In this document: piece by piece, positions 1 through 12,200 of the stretch
Numbering within the stretch: the stretch's first letter is position 1
Layout of the letters: every line of letters begins with the position of its first letter
Source: the human T2T-CHM13v2.0 reference genome, Homo sapiens
Assembly: GCF_009914755.1 (NCBI RefSeq)
Contig: NC_060928.1
Direction: 5' to 3' (one strand)
DNA: 64,000 nt
Made by a program: the position numbers and the translations under genes
The notes under the pieces: model-generated
The model's input: only the letters and a program-made list of their open reading frames with translations
What the model was told of the DNA's origin: nothing
Database searches by the model: none

Positions 1-3000
1 GAACTTCTTTGTGATGTTTGCATTGAAGTCACAGAATTGAACATTCACTTTGATAGAGCAGGTTTGAAACACTCATTCTGTAGTATCTGGAAGTGGACAT
101 TTCAAGCGCTTTCAGGCCTATGGTGAGAAAGGAAATATCTTCGAATAAAAACTAGACAGAAGCATCCTCAGAAACTTATTTGTGATGTGTGTCCTCAACT
201 AACAGAGTTGAAACTTTGTTTTGATACAGCATTTTGGAAACACTCTTTTTGTAGAATCTGCAGGTGGATATTTGGATAGCTTAGAGGGATTCGTTGGAAA
301 GGGGATATCTTCATATAAAATCTAGACAGAAGCATTCTCAGAAACTTATTTGTGATGTGTGTCCTCAACTAACAGAGTTGAACCTTGGTTTTGATACAGC
401 ATTTTGGAAACGCTCCTTTTGTAGAATCTGCAGGTGGATATGTGGATAGCTCTGAAGATTTCGTTGGAAACGGGAATTTCTTCATATAAAATCAAACAGA
501 AGCATTCTCAGAAACTTCTCAGTGATGTTTGCATTCAGCTCATGGAGTTGAACACTTCCTTTCATAGAACCGGTTTGAAACACTCTTTCTGCACTACCTG
601 GAAGAGGCCATTTCGAGCGCTTTGAGTCCTATGGTGAAAAAGGAAATATCTTCTCATAAAAACCAGAAAGAAGCATTCTCAGAAACTTCTTTGTGTTGTG
701 TGTACTCATGTAACAGTGTTGAACCATCCTTTTGACAGAGCAGTTTTGAAACACTCTTTTTGTAGAATCTGCAAGTGGATATTTGGATAGCTTTGAGGAT
801 TTCGTTGGAAACGGGATGACATATAATATCTAGAGAGAAGCATTATCAGGAACTTCTTTGTGATGTTTGCATTCAAGTCACAGAATTGAACATTCCCTTT
901 CATAGAGCAGGTTTGAAACACTCTTTCTCTAGTATCTGGAAGTGGGCATTTCAAGCGCTTTCAGGCCTATGGAGAGAAAGGAAATACCTTCAAATAAAAA
1001 CTAGACAGAAGCATTCTCAGAAACTTATTTGTGATGTGTGTCCTCAACTAACAGAGTTGAACCTTTGTTTTGATACAGCATTTTGGAAACACTCCTTTTG
1101 TAGAATCTGCAGGTGGATATTTGGATAACTTTGAAGATTTCGTTGGAAACCGGAATATCTTCATATAAAATCAAGACAGAAGCATTCTCGGAAAAATCTC
1201 TGTGATGTTTGCATTCAACTCAGTAGAGTTGAACACTTCCTTTCATAGAGCCGGTTTGAAACACTCTTTCTGCACTACCTGGAAGCGGACATTTCGAGCG
1301 CTTTGAGGCCTATGGTGAAAAAGGAAATATCTTCTCATAAAAACCAGAAAGAAGCATTCTCAGAAACTTCTTTGTGTTGTGTGTACTCAAGTAACAGTGT
1401 TGAACCTTCCTTTTGACACAGCAGTTTTGAAACACTCTTTTGGTAGAATCTGCAAGTGGATATTTGGATAGCTTTGAGGATTTCGTTGGAAACGGGTTAT
1501 CTTCATATTAAATCCAGACAGGAGCATTCTCAGAAACTTCTTTGTGCTGCATGTCCTCAATTCACAGAGCTGAACCTTTGTTTGGATACAGCATTTTGGA
1601 AACATTCCTTTAGTAGAATCTGCAAGTTGATATTTAGATAGCTTTGAAGATTTCGTTGGAAACGGGAATATCTTCATAGAAAATCTAGACGGAAGCATTC
1701 TCAGAAACTGCTTTGTGATGTTTGCATTCAAGTCACAGAGTTGAATATTCCCTTTTATAGAGTAGGTTTGAAACACTCTTTTGGCACTACCTGGAAGTGG
1801 ATATTTCGAGCTCTTTGAGGCCTATGGTTAAAAGGAAATATCTTCCCATAAAAACTAGACAGAAGCCGTCTCAGAAACTTGTTTGTGATGTGTGTATTCA
1901 ACTAACAGAGTTGAACATTTCTGTTACAGAGCAATTTTAAAACACTCTTTTTGTGGAATCTGAAAGTGGATAATTGGATAGCTTTGTGGATTTCGTTGGA
2001 AACGGGATGACGTATAAAATCTAGAGAGAAGCATTCTCAGGAACTTCTTTGTGATGTTTGCATTCAAGTCACAGAATTGAACATTCCCTTTCATAGAGCA
2101 GGTTTGAAACACTCTTTCTCTAGTATCTGGAAGTGGGCATTTCAAGCGCTTTCAGGCCTATGGAGAGAAAGGAAATACCTTCAAATAAAAACTAGACAGA
2201 AGCATTCTCAGAAACTTATTTGTGATGTGTGTCCTCAACTAACAGAGTTGAACCTTTGTTTTGATACAGCATTTTGGAAACACTCCTTTTGTAGGATCTG
2301 CAGGTGGATATTTGGATAGATTTTAAGATTTCGTTGGAAACGGGAGTTTCTTCATAGAAACTCAAGACAGATGCATTCTCAGAAACATCTCTGTGATGTT
2401 TGCATTCCACTCATAGAGTTGAAAACTTCCTTTCATAGAGCAGGTTTGAAACACTCTTTTTGTAATATTTGGAAGTGGACATTTGCAGCGCTTTGAGGCC
2501 TATGGTGAAAAAGGAAATATCTTCTGATAAAAACCAGAAACAAGCATTCTCAGAAACTTCTTTTTGATGTGTGTACTCAAGTAACAGAGTTGAACCTTCC
2601 TTTTGACACAGCAGTTTTGAAACAATCTTTTTGTAGAATCTGCAAGTGGATATTTGGATAGCTTTGAGGATTTCGTTGGAAACGGGATATCTTCATATAA
2701 AATCTAGACAGAAGCTTTCTCAGAAACTTCTTTGTGCTGTATGTCCTCAATTAACAGATTTGAACCATTGCTTGGATACAGCATTTTGGAAACATTCCTT
2801 GAGTAGAATCTGCAAGTTGATATTTAGATAGATTTGAAGATTTCGTTGGAAAAGGGAATATCTCCATAGAAAATCTAGAGGGAAGCATTCTCAGAAACTG
2901 CTTTGTGATGTTTCCATTCAAGTCACAGAGTTGAATATTCCCTTTTATAGAGCACGTTTGAAACACTCTTTCTGCACTATCTGGAAGTGGACATTTCGAG

Positions 3001-3056
3001 CGCTTTGAGGCCTATGGTGAAAAAGGAAATATCTTCCCATAAAAACTAGACAGAAG
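1..3056 (+). repeat. Partial 19-mer HOR (m2 to m19), truncated by window start
   Basis: Matches 3233-6288 at offset 3232 apart from a few SNVs. Confidence 0.95.
3012..3028 (+). promoter_or_regulatory. pJalpha/A-box type motif (CTATGGTGAAAAAGGAA) of A-type monomers; representative copy in m19
   Basis: Occupies the CENP-B-box-equivalent position, with variants, in m2, m5, m7, m9, m12, m14, m16 and m19. Confidence 0.75.
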
Positions 3057-3182
3057 CATTCTCAGAAACTTGTTTGTGATGTGTGTATTCAACTAACAGA
3101 GTTGAACTTTTGTTTTTACAGAGCCGTTTTAAAACACTCTTTTTGTGGAATCAGAAAGTGGATATTCGGATGGCTCTGAGGA

Positions 3183-3199
3183 TTTCGTTGGAAGCGGGA
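3183..3199 (+). promoter_or_regulatory. CENP-B box in m1 (TTTCGTTGGAAGCGGGA); recurs in each m1
   Basis: Exact match to YTTCGTTGGAARCGGGA. Confidence 0.95.
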
Positions 3200-3520
3200 T
3201 TACATATAAAATCTAGAGAGAAGCATTCTCAGGAACTTCTTTGTGATGTTTGCATTGAAGTCACAGAATTGAACATTCACTTTGATAGAGCAGGTTTGAA
3301 ACACTCATTCTGTAGTATCTGGAAGTGGACATTTCAAGCGCTTTCAGGCCTATGGTGAGAAAGGAAATATCTTCGAATAAAAACTAGACAGAAGCATCCT
3401 CAGAAACTTATTTGTGATGTGTGTCCTCAACTAACAGAGTTGAAACTTTGTTTTGATACAGCATTTTGGAAACACTCTTTTTGTAGAATCTGCAGGTGGA
3501 TATTTGGATAGCTTAGAGGG

Positions 3521-3537
3521 ATTCGTTGGAAAGGGGA
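3521..3537 (+). other. Degenerate CENP-B box in m3 (ATTCGTTGGAAAGGGGA)
   Basis: The CGGG core is mutated to GGGG in the m3 copies inspected. Confidence 0.85.
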
Positions 3538-3690
3538 TATCTTCATATAAAATCTAGACAGAAGCATTCTCAGAAACTTATTTGTGATGTGTGTCCTCAA
3601 CTAACAGAGTTGAACCTTGGTTTTGATACAGCATTTTGGAAACACTCCTTTTGTAGAATCTGCAGGTGGATATGTGGATAGCTCTGAAGA

Positions 3691-3707
3691 TTTCGTTGGA
3701 AACGGGA
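3691..3707 (+). promoter_or_regulatory. CENP-B box in m4 (TTTCGTTGGAAACGGGA)
   Basis: Exact consensus match; representative copy. Confidence 0.95.
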
Positions 3708-4031
3708 ATTTCTTCATATAAAATCAAACAGAAGCATTCTCAGAAACTTCTCAGTGATGTTTGCATTCAGCTCATGGAGTTGAACACTTCCTTTCATAGA
3801 GCCGGTTTGAAACACTCTTTCTGCACTACCTGGAAGAGGCCATTTCGAGCGCTTTGAGTCCTATGGTGAAAAAGGAAATATCTTCTCATAAAAACCAGAA
3901 AGAAGCATTCTCAGAAACTTCTTTGTGTTGTGTGTACTCATGTAACAGTGTTGAACCATCCTTTTGACAGAGCAGTTTTGAAACACTCTTTTTGTAGAAT
4001 CTGCAAGTGGATATTTGGATAGCTTTGAGGA

Positions 4032-4048
4032 TTTCGTTGGAAACGGGA
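4032..4048 (+). promoter_or_regulatory. CENP-B box in m6
   Basis: TTTCGTTGGAAACGGGA; representative copy. Confidence 0.95.
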
Positions 4049-4369
4049 TGACATATAATATCTAGAGAGAAGCATTCTCAGGAACTTCTTTGTGATGTTT
4101 GCATTCAAGTCACAGAATTGAACATTCCCTTTCATAGAGCAGGTTTGAAACACTCTTTCTCTAGTATCTGGAAGTGGGCATTTCAAGCGCTTTCAGGCCT
4201 ATGGAGAGAAAGGAAATACCTTCAAATAAAAACTAGACAGAAGCATTCTCAGAAACTTATTTGTGATGTGTGTCCTCAACTAACAGAGTTGAACCTTTGT
4301 TTTGATACAGCATTTTGGAAACACTCCTTTTGTAGAATCTGCAGGTGGATATTTGGATAACTTTGAAGA

Positions 4370-4386
4370 TTTCGTTGGAAACCGGA
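4370..4386 (+). other. Degenerate CENP-B box in m8 (TTTCGTTGGAAACCGGA)
   Basis: The CGGG core is mutated to CCGG in the m8 copies inspected. Confidence 0.85.
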
Positions 4387-4712
4387 ATATCTTCATATAA
4401 AATCAAGACAGAAGCATTCTCGGAAACATCTCTGTGATGTTTGCATTCAACTCAGTAGAGTTGAACACTTCCTTTCATAGAGCCGGTTTGAAACACTCTT
4501 TCTGCACTACCTGGAAGCGGACATTTCGAGCGCTTTGAGGCCTATGGTGAAAAAGGAAATATCTTCTCATAAAAACCAGAAAGAAGCATTCTCAGAAACT
4601 TCTTTGTGTTGTGTGTACTCAAGTAATAGTGTTGAACCTTCCTTTTGACACAGCAGTTTTGAAACACTCTTTTGGTAGAATCTGCAAGTGGATATTTGGA
4701 TAGCTTTGAGGA

Positions 4713-4729
4713 TTTCGTTGGAAACGGGT
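4713..4729 (+). promoter_or_regulatory. CENP-B box in m10 (TTTCGTTGGAAACGGGT)
   Basis: All nine core positions (NTTCGNNNNANNCGGGN) retained; terminal base differs from consensus. Confidence 0.85.
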
Positions 4730-4882
4730 TATCTTCATATAAAATCCAGACAGGAGCATTCTCAGAAACTTCTTTGTGCTGCATGTCCTCAATTCACAGA
4801 GCTGAACCTTTGTTTGGATACAGCATTTTGGAAACATTCCTTTAGTAGAATCTGCAAGTTGATATTTAGATAGCTTTGAAGA

Positions 4883-4899
4883 TTTCGTTGGAAACGGGA
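4883..4899 (+). promoter_or_regulatory. CENP-B box in m11
   Basis: TTTCGTTGGAAACGGGA; representative copy. Confidence 0.95.
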
Positions 4900-5222
4900 A
4901 TATCTTCATAGAAAATCTAGACGGAAGCATTCTCAGAAACTGCTTTGTGATGTTTGCATTCAAGTCACAGAGTTGAATATTCCCTTTTATAGAGTAGGTT
5001 TGAAACACTCTTTTGGCACTACCTGGAAGTGGATATTTCGAGCTCTTTGAGGCCTATGGTTAAAAGGAAATATCTTCCCATAAAAACTAGACAGAAGCCG
5101 TCTCAGAAACTTGTTTGTGATGTGTGTATTCAACTAACAGAGTTGAACATTTCTGTTACAGAGCAATTTTAAAACACTCTTTTTGTGGAATCTGAAAGTG
5201 GATAATTGGATAGCTTTGTGGA

Positions 5223-5239
5223 TTTCGTTGGAAACGGGA
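5223..5239 (+). promoter_or_regulatory. CENP-B box in m13
   Basis: TTTCGTTGGAAACGGGA; representative copy. Confidence 0.95.
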
Positions 5240-5560
5240 TGACGTATAAAATCTAGAGAGAAGCATTCTCAGGAACTTCTTTGTGATGTTTGCATTCAAG
5301 TCACAGAATTGAACATTCCCTTTCATAGAGCAGGTTTGAAACACTCTTTCTCTAGTATCTGGAAGTGGGCATTTCAAGCGCTTTCAGGCCTACGGAGAGA
5401 AAGGAAATACCTTCAAATAAAAACTAGACAGAAGCATTCTCAGAAACTTATTTGTGATGTGTGTCCTCAACTAACAGAGTTGAACCTTTGTTTTGATACA
5501 GCATTTTGGAAACACTCCTTTTGTAGGATCTGCAGGTGGATATTTGGATAGATTTTAAGA

Positions 5561-5577
5561 TTTCGTTGGAAACGGGA
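5561..5577 (+). promoter_or_regulatory. CENP-B box in m15
   Basis: TTTCGTTGGAAACGGGA; representative copy. Confidence 0.95.
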
Positions 5578-5902
5578 GTTTCTTCATAGAAACTCAAGAC
5601 AGATGCATTCTCAGAAACATCTCTGTGATGTTTGCATTCCACTCATAGATTTGAAAACTTCCTTTCATAGAGCAGGTTTGAAACACTCTTTTTGTAATAT
5701 TTGGAAGTGGACATTTGCAGCGCTTTGAGGCCTATGGTGAAAAAGGAAATATCTTCTCATAAAAACCAGAAACAAGCATTCTCAGAAACTTCTTTTTGAT
5801 GTGTGTACTCAAGTAACAGAGTTGAACCTTCCTTTTGACACAGCAGTTTTGAAACAATCTTTTTGTAGAATCTGCAAGTGGATATTTGGATAGCTTTGAG
5901 GA

Positions 5903-5919
5903 TTTCGTTGGAAACGGGA
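5903..5919 (+). promoter_or_regulatory. CENP-B box in m17
   Basis: TTTCGTTGGAAACGGGA; representative copy. Confidence 0.95.
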
Positions 5920-6072
5920 TATCTTCATATAAAATCTAGAGAGAAGCTTTCTCAGAAACTTCTTTGTGCTGTATGTCCTCAATTAACAGAGTTGAACCAT
6001 TGCTTGGATACAGCATTTTGGAAACATTCCTTGAGTAGAATCTGCAAGTTGATATTTAGATAGATTTGAAGA

Positions 6073-6089
6073 TTTCGTTGGAAAAGGGA
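6073..6089 (+). other. Degenerate CENP-B box in m18 (TTTCGTTGGAAAAGGGA)
   Basis: The CGGG core is mutated to AGGG in the m18 copies inspected. Confidence 0.85.
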
Positions 6090-6288
6090 ATATCTCCATA
6101 GAAAATCTAGAGGGAAGCATTCTCAGAAACTGCTTTGTGATGTTTCCATTCAAGTCACAGAGTTGAATATTCCCTTTTATAGAGCACGTTTGAAACACTC
6201 TTTCTGCACTATCTGGAAGTGGACATTTCGAGCGCTTTGAGGCCTATGGTGAAAAAGGAAATATCTTCCCATAAAAACTAGACAGAAG

Positions 6289-9200
6289 CATTCTCAGAAA
6301 CTTGTTTGTGATGTGTGTATTCAACTAACAGAGTTGAACTTTTGTTTTTACAGAGCCGTTTTAAAACACTCTTTTTGTGGAATCAGAAAGTGGATATTCG
6401 GATGGCTCTGAGGATTTCGTTGGAAGCGGGATTACATATAAAATCTAGAGAGAAGCATTCTCAGGAACTTCTTTGTGATGTTTGCATTGAAGTCACAGAA
6501 TTGAACATTCACTTTGATAGAGCAGGTTTGAAACACTCATTCTGTAGTATCTGGAAGTGGACATTTCAAGCGCTTTCAGGCCTATGGTGAGAAAGGAAAT
6601 ATCTTCGAATAAAAACTAGACAGAAGCATCCTCAGAAACTTATTTGTGATGTGTGTCCTCAACTAACAGAGTTGAAACTTTGTTTTGATACAGCATTTTG
6701 GAAACACTCTTTTTGTAGAATCTGCAGGTGGATATTTGGATAGCTTAGAGGGATTCGTTGGAAAGGGGATATCTTCATATAAAATCTAGACAGAAGCATT
6801 CTCAGAAACTTATTTGTGATGTGTGTCCTCAACTAACAGAGTTGAACCTTGGTTTTGATACAGCATTTTGGAAACACTCCTTTTGTAGAATCTGCAGGTG
6901 GATATGTGGATAGCTCTGAAGATTTCGTTGGAAACGGGAATTTCTTCATATAAAATCAAACAGAAGCATTCTCAGAAACTTCTCAGTGATGTTTGCATTC
7001 AGCTCATGGAGTTGAACACTTCCTTTCATAGAGCCGGTTTGAAACACTCTTTCTGCACTACCTGGAAGAGGACATTTCGAGCGCTTTGAGTCCTATGGTG
7101 AAAAAGGAAATATCTTCTCATAAAAACCAGAAAGAAGCATTCTCAGAAACTTCTTTGTGTTGTGTGTACTCATGTAACAGTGTTGAACCATCCTTTTGAC
7201 AGAGCAGTTTTGAAACACTCTTTTTGTAGAATCTGCAAGTGGATATTTGGATAGCTTTGAGGATTTCGTTGGAAACGGGATGACATATAATATCTAGAGA
7301 GAAGCATACTCAGGAACTTCTTTGTGATGTTTGCATTCAAGTCACAGAATTGAACATTCCCTTTCATAGAGCAGGTTTGAAACACTCTTTCTCTAGTATC
7401 TGGAAGTGGGCATTTCAAGCGCTTTCAGGCCTATGGAGAGAAAGGAAATACCTTCAAATAAAAACTAGACAGAAGCATTCTCAGAAACTTATTTGTGATG
7501 TGTGTCCTCAACTAACAGAGTTGAACCTTTGTTTTGATACAGCATTTTGGAAACACTCCTTTTGTAGAATCTGCAGGTGGATATTTGGATAACTTTGAAG
7601 ATTTCGTTGGAAACCGGAATATCTTCATATAAAATCAAGACAGAAGCATTCTCGGAAACATCTCTGTGATGTTTGCATTCAACTCAGTAGAGTTGAACAC
7701 TTCCTTTCATAGAGCCGGTTTGAAACACTCTTTCTGCACTACCTGGAAGCGGACATTTCGAGCGCTTTGAGGCCTATGGTGAAAAAGGAAATATCTTCTC
7801 ATAAAAACCAGAAAGAAGCATTCTCAGAAACTTCTTTGTGTTGTGTGTACTCAAGTAACAGTGTTGAACCTTCCTTTTGACACAGCAGTTTTGAAACACT
7901 CTTTTGGTAGAATCTGCAAGTGGATATTTGGATAGCTTTGAGGATTTCGTTGGAAACGGGTTATCTTCATATAAAATCCAGACAGGAGCATTCTCAGAAA
8001 CTTCTTTGTGCTGCATGTCCTCAATTCACAGAGCTGAACCTTTGTTTGGATACAGCATTTTGGAAACATTCCTTTAGTAGAATCTGCAAGTTGATATTTA
8101 GATAGCTTTGAAGATTTCGTTGGAAACGGGAATATCTTCATAGAAAATCTAGACGGAAGCATTCTCAGAAACTGCTTTGTGATGTTTGCATTCAAGTCAC
8201 AGAGTTGAATATTCCCTTTTATAGAGTAGGTTTGAAACACTCTTTCGGCACTACCTGGAAGTGGATATTTCGAGCTCTTTGAGGCCTATGGTTAAAAGGA
8301 AATATCTTCCCATAAAAACTAGACAGAAGCCGTCTCAGAAACTTTTTTGTGATGTGTGTATACAACTACCAGAGTTGAACATTTCTGTTACAGAGCAATT
8401 TTAAAACACTCTTTTTGTGGAATCTGAAAGTGGATAATTGGATAGCTTTGTGGATTTCGTTGGAAACGGGATGACGTATAAAATCTAGAGAGAAGCATTC
8501 TCAGGAACTTCTTTGTGATGTTTGCATTCAAGTCACAGAATTGAACATTCCTTTTCATAGTGCAGGTTTGAAACACTCTTTCTGTAGTATCTGGAAGTGG
8601 ACATTTCAAGCGCTTTCAGGCCTACGGGGAGAAAGGAAATATCTTCAAATAAAAACTAGACAGAAGGATTCTCAGAAACTTATTTGTGATGTGTGTCCTC
8701 AACTAACAGAGTTGAACCTTTGTTTTGATACAGCATTTTGGAAACACTCCTTTTGTAGGATCTGCAGGTGGATATTTGGATAGATTTTAAGATTTCGTTG
8801 GAAACGGGAGTTTCTTCATAGAAACTCAAGACAGATGCATTCTCAGAAACATCTCTGTGATGTTTGCATTCCACTCATAGATTTGAAAACTTCCTTTCAT
8901 AGAGCAGGTTTGAAACACTCTTTTTGTAATATTTGGAAGTGGACATTTGCAGCGCTTTGAGGCCTATGGTGAAAAAGGAAATATCTTCTCATAAAAACCA
9001 GAAACAAGCATTCTCAGAAACTTCTTTTTGATGTGTGTACTCAAGTAACAGAGTTGAACCTTCCTTTTGACACAGCAGTTTTGAAACAATCTTTTTGTAG
9101 AATCTGCAAGTGGATATTTGGATAGCTTTGAGGATTTCGTTGGAAACGGGATATCTTCATATAAAATCTAGAGAGAAGCTTTCTCAGAAACTTCTTTGTG

Positions 9201-12200
9201 CTGTATGTCCTCAATTAACAGATTTGAACCATTGCTTGGATACAGCATTTTGGAAACATTCCTTGAGTAGAATCTGCAAGTTGATATTTAGATAGATTTG
9301 AAGATTTCGTTGGAAAAGGGAATATCTCCATAGAAAATCTAGAGGGAAGCATTCTCAGAAACTGCTTTGTGATGTTTCCATTCAAGTCACAGAGTTGAAT
9401 ATTCCCTTTTATAGAGCACGTTTGAAACACTCTTTCTGCACTATCTGGAAGTGGACATTTCGAGCGCTTTGAGGCCTATGGTGAAAAAGGAAATATCTTC
9501 CCATAAAAACTAGACAGAAGCATTCTCAGAAACTTGTTTGTGATGTGTGTATTCAACTAACAGAGTTGAACTTTTGTTTTTACAGAGCCGTTTTAAAACA
9601 CTCTTTTTGTGGAATCAGAAAGTGGATATTCGGATGGCTCTGAGGATTTCGTTGGAAGCGGGATTACATATAAAATCTAGAGAGAAGCATTCTCAGGAAC
9701 TTCTTTGTGATGTTTGCATTGAAGTCACAGAATTGAACATTCACTTTGATAGAGCAGGTTTGAAACACTCATTCTGTAGTATCTGGAAGTGGACATTTCA
9801 AGCGCTTTCAGGCCTATGGTGAGAAAGGAAATATCTTCGAATAAAAACTAGACAGAAGCATCCTCAGAAACTTATTTGTGATGTGTGTCCTCAACTAACA
9901 GAGTTGAAACTTTGTTTTGATACAGCATTTTGGAAACACTCTTTTTGTAGAATCTGCAGGTGGATATTTGGATAGCTTAGAGGGATTCGTTGGAAAGGGG
10001 ATATCTTCATATAAAATCTAGACAGAAGCATTCTCAGAAACTTATTTGTGATGTGTGTCCTCAACTAACAGAGTTGAACCTTGGTTTTGATACAGCATTT
10101 TGGAAACACTCCTTTTGTAGAATCTGCAGGTGGATATGTGGATAGCTCTGAAGATTTCGTTGGAAACGGGAATTTCTTCATATAAAATCAAACAGAAGCA
10201 TTCTCAGAAACTTCTCAGTGATGTTTGCATTCAGCTCATGGAGTTGAACACTTCCTTTCATAGAGCCGGTTTGAAACACTCTTTCTGCACTACCTGGAAG
10301 AGGACATTTCGAGCGCTTTGAGTCCTATGGTGAAAAAGGAAATATCTTCTCATAAAAACCAGAAAGAAGCATTCTCAGAAACTTCTTTGTGTTGTGTGTA
10401 CTCATGTAACAGTGTTGAACCATCCTTTTGACAGAGCAGTTTTGAAACACTCTTTTTGTAGAATCTGCAAGTGGATATTTGGATAGCTTTGAGGATTTCG
10501 TTGGAAACGGGATGACATATAATATCTAGAGAGAAGCATACTCAGGAACTTCTTTGTGATGTTTGCATTCAAGTCACAGAATTGAACATTCCCTTTCATA
10601 GAGCAGGTTTGAAACACTCTTTCTCTAGTATCTGGAAGTGGGCATTTCAAGCGCTTTCAGGCCTATGGAGAGAAAGGAAATACCTTCAAATAAAAACTAG
10701 ACAGAAGCATTCTCAGAAACTTATTTGTGATGTGTGTTCTCAACTAACAGAGTTGAACCTTTGTTTTGATACAGCATTTTGGAAACACTCCTTTTGTAGA
10801 ATCTGCAGGTGGATATTTGGATAACTTTGAAGATTTCGTTGGAAACCGGAATATCTTCATATAAAATCAAGACAGAAGCATTCTCGGAAACATCTCTGTG
10901 ATGTTTGCATTCAACTCAGTAGAGTTGAACACTTCCTTTCATAGAGCAGGTTTGAAACACTCTTTCTGCACTACCTGGAAGCGGACATTTCGAGCGCTTT
11001 GAGGCCTATGGTGAAAAAGGAAATATCTTCTCATAAAAACCAGAAAGAAGCATTCTCAGAAACTTCTTTGTGTTGTGTGTACTCAAGTAACAGTGTTGAA
11101 CCTTCCTTTTGACACAGCAGTTTTGAAACACTCTTTTGGTAGAATCTGCAAGTGGATATTTGGATAGCTTTGAGGATTTCGTTGGAAACGGGTTATCTTC
11201 ATATAAAATCCAGACAGGAGCATTCTCAGAAACTTCTTTGTGCTGCATGTCCTCAATTCACAGAGCTGAACCTTTGTTTGGATACAGCATTTTGGAAACA
11301 TTCCTTTAGTAGAATCTGCAAGTTGATATTTAGATAGCTTTGAAGATTTCGTTGGAAACGGGAATATCTTCATAGAAAATCTAGACGGAAGCATTCTCAG
11401 AAACTGCTTTGTGATGTTTGCATTCAAGTCACAGAGTTGAATATTCCCTTTTATAGAGTAGGTTTGAAACACTCTTTCGGCACTACCTGGAAGTGGATAT
11501 TTCGAGCTCTTTGAGGCCTATGGTTAAAAGGAAATATCTTCCCATAAAAACTAGACAGAAGCCGTCTCAGAAACTTGTTTGTGATGTGTGTATACAACTA
11601 CCAGAGTTGAACATTTCTGTTACAGAGCAATTTTAAAACACTCTTTTTGTGGAATCTGAAAGTGGATAATTGGATAGCTTTGTGGATTTCGTTGGAAACG
11701 GGATGACGTATAAAATCTAGAGAGAAGCATTCTCAGGAACTTCTTTCTGATGTTTGCATTCAAGTCACAGAATTGAACATTCCTTTTCATAGTGCAGGTT
11801 TGAAACACTCTTTCTGTAGTATCTGGAAGTGGACATTTCAAGCGCTTTCAGGCCTACGGGGAGAAAGGAAATATCTTCAAATAAAAACTAGACAGAAGGA
11901 TTCTCAGAAACTTATTTGTGATGTGTGTCCTAAACGAACACAGTTGAACCTTTGTTTTGATACAGCATTTTGGAAACACTCCTTTTGTAGGATCTGCAGG
12001 TGGATATTTGGATAGATTTTAAGATTTCGTTGGAAACGGGAGTTTCTTCATAGAAACTCAAGACAGATGCATTCTCAGAAACATCTCTGTGATGTTTGCA
12101 TTCCACTCATAGAGTTGAAAACTTCCTTTCATAGAGCAGGTTTGAAACACTCTTTTTGTAATATTTGGAAGTGGACATTTGCAGCGCTTTGAGGCCTATG

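Larger units (their letters stand above)
3057..6288 (+). repeat. Reference canonical 19-mer HOR; monomer starts 3057, 3224, 3395, 3565, 3735, 3906, 4073, 4244, 4415, 4587, 4757, 4928, 5098, 5264, 5435, 5606, 5777, 5947, 6118
   Basis: Monomer lengths read by hand (167,171,170,170,171,167,171,171,172,170,171,170,166,171,171,171,170,171,171) sum to 3232. Type order B A B* B A B A B* A B B A B A B A B B* A (B* = degenerate CENP-B box). Confidence 0.95.
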
